Below, in pieces: positions 63,401 to 64,000 of a DNA stretch of 64,000 nt. The stretch's first letter is position 1; each line of letters begins with the position of its first letter. Under the pieces are notes generated by a model. The model ran no database searches, was not told the DNA's origin, and saw nothing but the letters and a program-made list of their open reading frames with translations. Both the position numbers and the translations under genes were made by a program. Source of the DNA: Pseudomonadota bacterium (GTDB lineage Bacteria; Pseudomonadota; Alphaproteobacteria; RF32; CAG-239); the NCBI GenBank assembly GCA_918234285.1, contig CAKJXZ020000012.1, positions 35,050 to 99,049 of the forward strand, read 5' to 3'.

Positions 63401-64000
63401 TAATACCTTCGGTCCGGATAACGATAAAATGATGGTTATCGATTCCCTCAACCTGCTCGGCGGTTCGCGCAAAGACGCGGTGGCAGTTACGGTTACCAAC
63501 CCGTATAACCACCACGTTGCGATTTCGCCGAATATTTTGGAAAATATTACCGGTGCCGATAACCTGCACAGTAAGTTCGATTATAGAGAGGATACCGGTG
63601 AGTTGGTGGTTCACGACCGCTTTGCGGTTATCTCCGACTTAGCTAATATGCTTAATACTTTGCTTGAAGGTACGGTTGCTACTTATCACGGTTTGTACGG
63701 AACGGATAAAGATGGTAATATTCAATACCTAAAGGGTAAATTGGATAATTCTACCGGTATTATACACGCGTATTATATTGATGATAACGGTAAGGAAGTT
63801 TATATTGAAGAAGGTTCGCAAGCTGAATATAAAACAGCAGACGGATTTTCGTTAGATGACTACAATTACATCATTGACCCGATAAATCGGGTAACTGACC
63901 CGGAAACTTTGGAAGTTGATACTTCGGATGCCAGAATTAAACGTTACGACCCGTTGGTCGGTACCATTACGTACAGCTCCAACGATGAGTCGGTTTTGGA
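57477..64000 (+). CDS. Giant surface adhesin/autotransporter passenger with Pmp-like GGA(I/L)-FxxN repeats, 3'-truncated by window edge
   Basis: GGAGG RBS and ATG 57477; extended signal MRYTRTAIGLLTRQYRSVLRKCWLMNIGLFALGA..AMA. Same frame at every point spot-checked to 64000 and no terminated ORF in the track. Many FxxNxA..GGAIxN repeats. Confidence 0.88.
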   Translation, partial: MRYTRTAIGLLTRQYRSVLRKCWLMNIGLFALGAIATSVPTSAMAEVADLSSTIDKISAESLNYLTSTSGHGHYTLSTNQGQNERSVIINGTTYYYSPGNDTTVINLANTGGAALEEVTDQSKIAAGEYVFTFGDKYYSYNTSKLAKSGIKIKQVAKTSVDYMSGSHGQYTLATTKGSNTNSVIISGTTYWYTPNEGDTAIVDLAANAGAVLEAVTGTGDYVFKIDNGDTTYTYYTYDTSKLVTQTKINGTDKNYYAISHETPSGYTKGTNPTPPAVTDRKYYTGSSGSAAGEGGGISVKNSISDITADIYNNSNSAAAASSGGLFHNGGTITNLTADFYQNTANYDGGALRNNSGSITNITGDFVGNSIANGDGGAIAVRKDTIRNISGNFINNHADTGTKNGGAIHFRGGGSGASISGNFTGNTANMYGGAINNGTYIDKGSLLSDPTNIASITGSFTDNKATNAAGGAINNGAKKDSTGSINNINATFVHNTAGTFGGAIHNASTIGSEDSGGISGGFYSNSATKGGAIYNSGTTYRANADFQQNSATEEGGAIYNTGTFGTITGNLNSNTADTDGGAIYNTGTISIVGNVRGNRATQKGGAIYNNNGTVNIAIDADHDAIEFSNNKDNSGYNDIYTKGGTVNLNAATDDTVGTITFNGTITGTDAAETNPVYYALNMTGGNYVFNNAVDAQTIALSNVKSLKLGTTTQAHPTDPIQPDITTNGKLASNINALTIANTGTDTTLFDMQNGLIDSVTVATLTLNSPVAMAIDADLRGSGSIDKITASNITTEITNKLIVDAINVVAGGDMARDNISFTLDSNYYTVDTANLKITGTDNVFLKKTYDADTDTLTLSTGSIGDITKIIGDWDSGNYILKYNENSPATTSIGANLQYLDTAIGKVTTDGHYIKKYETSDTEYTSVADNLQALDTAIYNTNVEYKEYVYNEIWEHVPGIKAIKIDKAGVDSEAYLKDNAGQHYTLSTDGGDDKNSIVIAEWDGSKYVNHTYYYTPRPDDTTLAGLISDGYVTLEEVSASDVANGEEYLFDYNGKYWTLDTDKHSGTKIVESNENDYNYKEVLPDGRTKYYKVVHVVPKGYTLADERIDALTESVDEVAFHGLHSEPPAGGDGKTAGGGAISIKGNIVIDHIVADFKDNYTTGSQDSAGALFISKSSTLNNLTGSFQANKGLYGGVVQNKGKIGAIVGDFINNEDINGGAAIDNNGTITMINGDFLGNYDKTPASSTEYTGGGAIRNVRKDNSYTAHIGTIKGQFINNYVMGTFGGAIFNQHLIDNIDARFTGNSAAKSGGAIYNMAQSTSDSKGIIENIQGTFLENTAGIDGGAIYNNARKESGTSQKQSVIENIDNTTFTGNVANHAGGAIYNGEYGVIKKITADFTENYAADSGGAIAYYGSKIEGKSNDVDKISGSFVGNTAGQYGGAIYLDKANVAKASFNFAQNKAKYGGAIALSNSSVVTDLDADFIENEATQGGAIYADNSTVSALTGNFTDNKATGYKGAQEGVWIQGKGGAIYNDASTVNLVADNKNIAFYNNTIGLNNTGGFEYNDLYNNVGRINVNAAEGHQISFGGTITGATYIDEDTGKTIMKDNTFGINTNADATGGTYIFNNVLEYQNVLWHNSAYLKFGSQVQEDGTTTYGYVHDLGTVEITQSPYLFKSYDDEGGYYNYWTFDPAKSTTDVAEYLEDHPGATYDMINITNLNSDIKLDGIDYKFMSSLNADTFSDLVANASTVAGSSAGSYVFEYGDSYWSIGSATNNLAINNYLNTISSNYELDTSPTHIVDEQTVPYTNSVVIGGITYYYTPDSEQGHVDPIADLIAGGAIVEEVSKEDAEAGRVKGVFITPDDKYWTISALSSQHYDLTKITGTEQVTIESSKFIYTPADEDIATLTRNSGTKYSYVQTAILDTINDHLEDNTMQKLHLSGDVKLRLDVDLGNSYNFNKDGLALGNGADTFTTKDRYNTFGPDNDKMMVIDSLNLLGGSRKDAVAVTVTNPYNHHVAISPNILENITGADNLHSKFDYREDTGELVVHDRFAVISDLANMLNTLLEGTVATYHGLYGTDKDGNIQYLKGKLDNSTGIIHAYYIDDNGKEVYIEEGSQAEYKTADGFSLDDYNYIIDPINRVTDPETLEVDTSDARIKRYDPLVGTITYSSNDESVL

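Noticed and set aside
57681-63614. The many short ORFs listed in the track for this region
   Set aside because: All overlap one long + strand frame starting at 57477, which the track omits because it has no stop inside the window.

Overview
Chromosomal window of an alphaproteobacterium. CckA, a MipZ-like ATPase and HdaA support this; placement in an uncultured gut RF32-like lineage is inference. The core backbone is bcp-pgk-gap, clpPX, tRNA-His, dac-mipZ, pgm-cckA-hdaA, DUF47-pit and rimP-nusA-ylxR-infB-rbfA. Two giant surface proteins flank it and run off the window: a trimeric autotransporter adhesin of >3370 aa (left) and a Pmp-like GGAI/FxxN-repeat protein of >2170 aa (right, absent from the ORF track). 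The main discovery is a candidate undescribed polymorphic toxin/immunity cassette system at two AT-rich loci, ~13519-17413 (A) and ~46645-51335 (B). It has a conserved N-terminal domain I do not recognise (MDIWDEIKTLAGYQSGRGGVDSYGVDHSGF...YPQFGTNFWGGxPENNYGFG), an Asn/Gly/Ser-rich linker and interchangeable C-terminal domains. These are SLT-like, another lysozyme-like fold, a T4/pesticin-like muramidase remnant, an SAA-like domain and one unknown, each followed by a membrane or periplasmic Cys-containing candidate immunity gene. Both loci start with the same 17-bp sequence and end in a truncated copy of the same 42-bp core. The only copy with a promoter, RBS and ATG is broken by a 5-bp GAGTT duplication. 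Also noted: a candidate ~240-nt sRNA with three GNRA hairpins, REP/MITE-like palindromes, an NDT-like/metallophosphoesterase fusion and a GapA-type GAPDH atypical for this class. All family calls come from reading motifs by eye; no searches were run.
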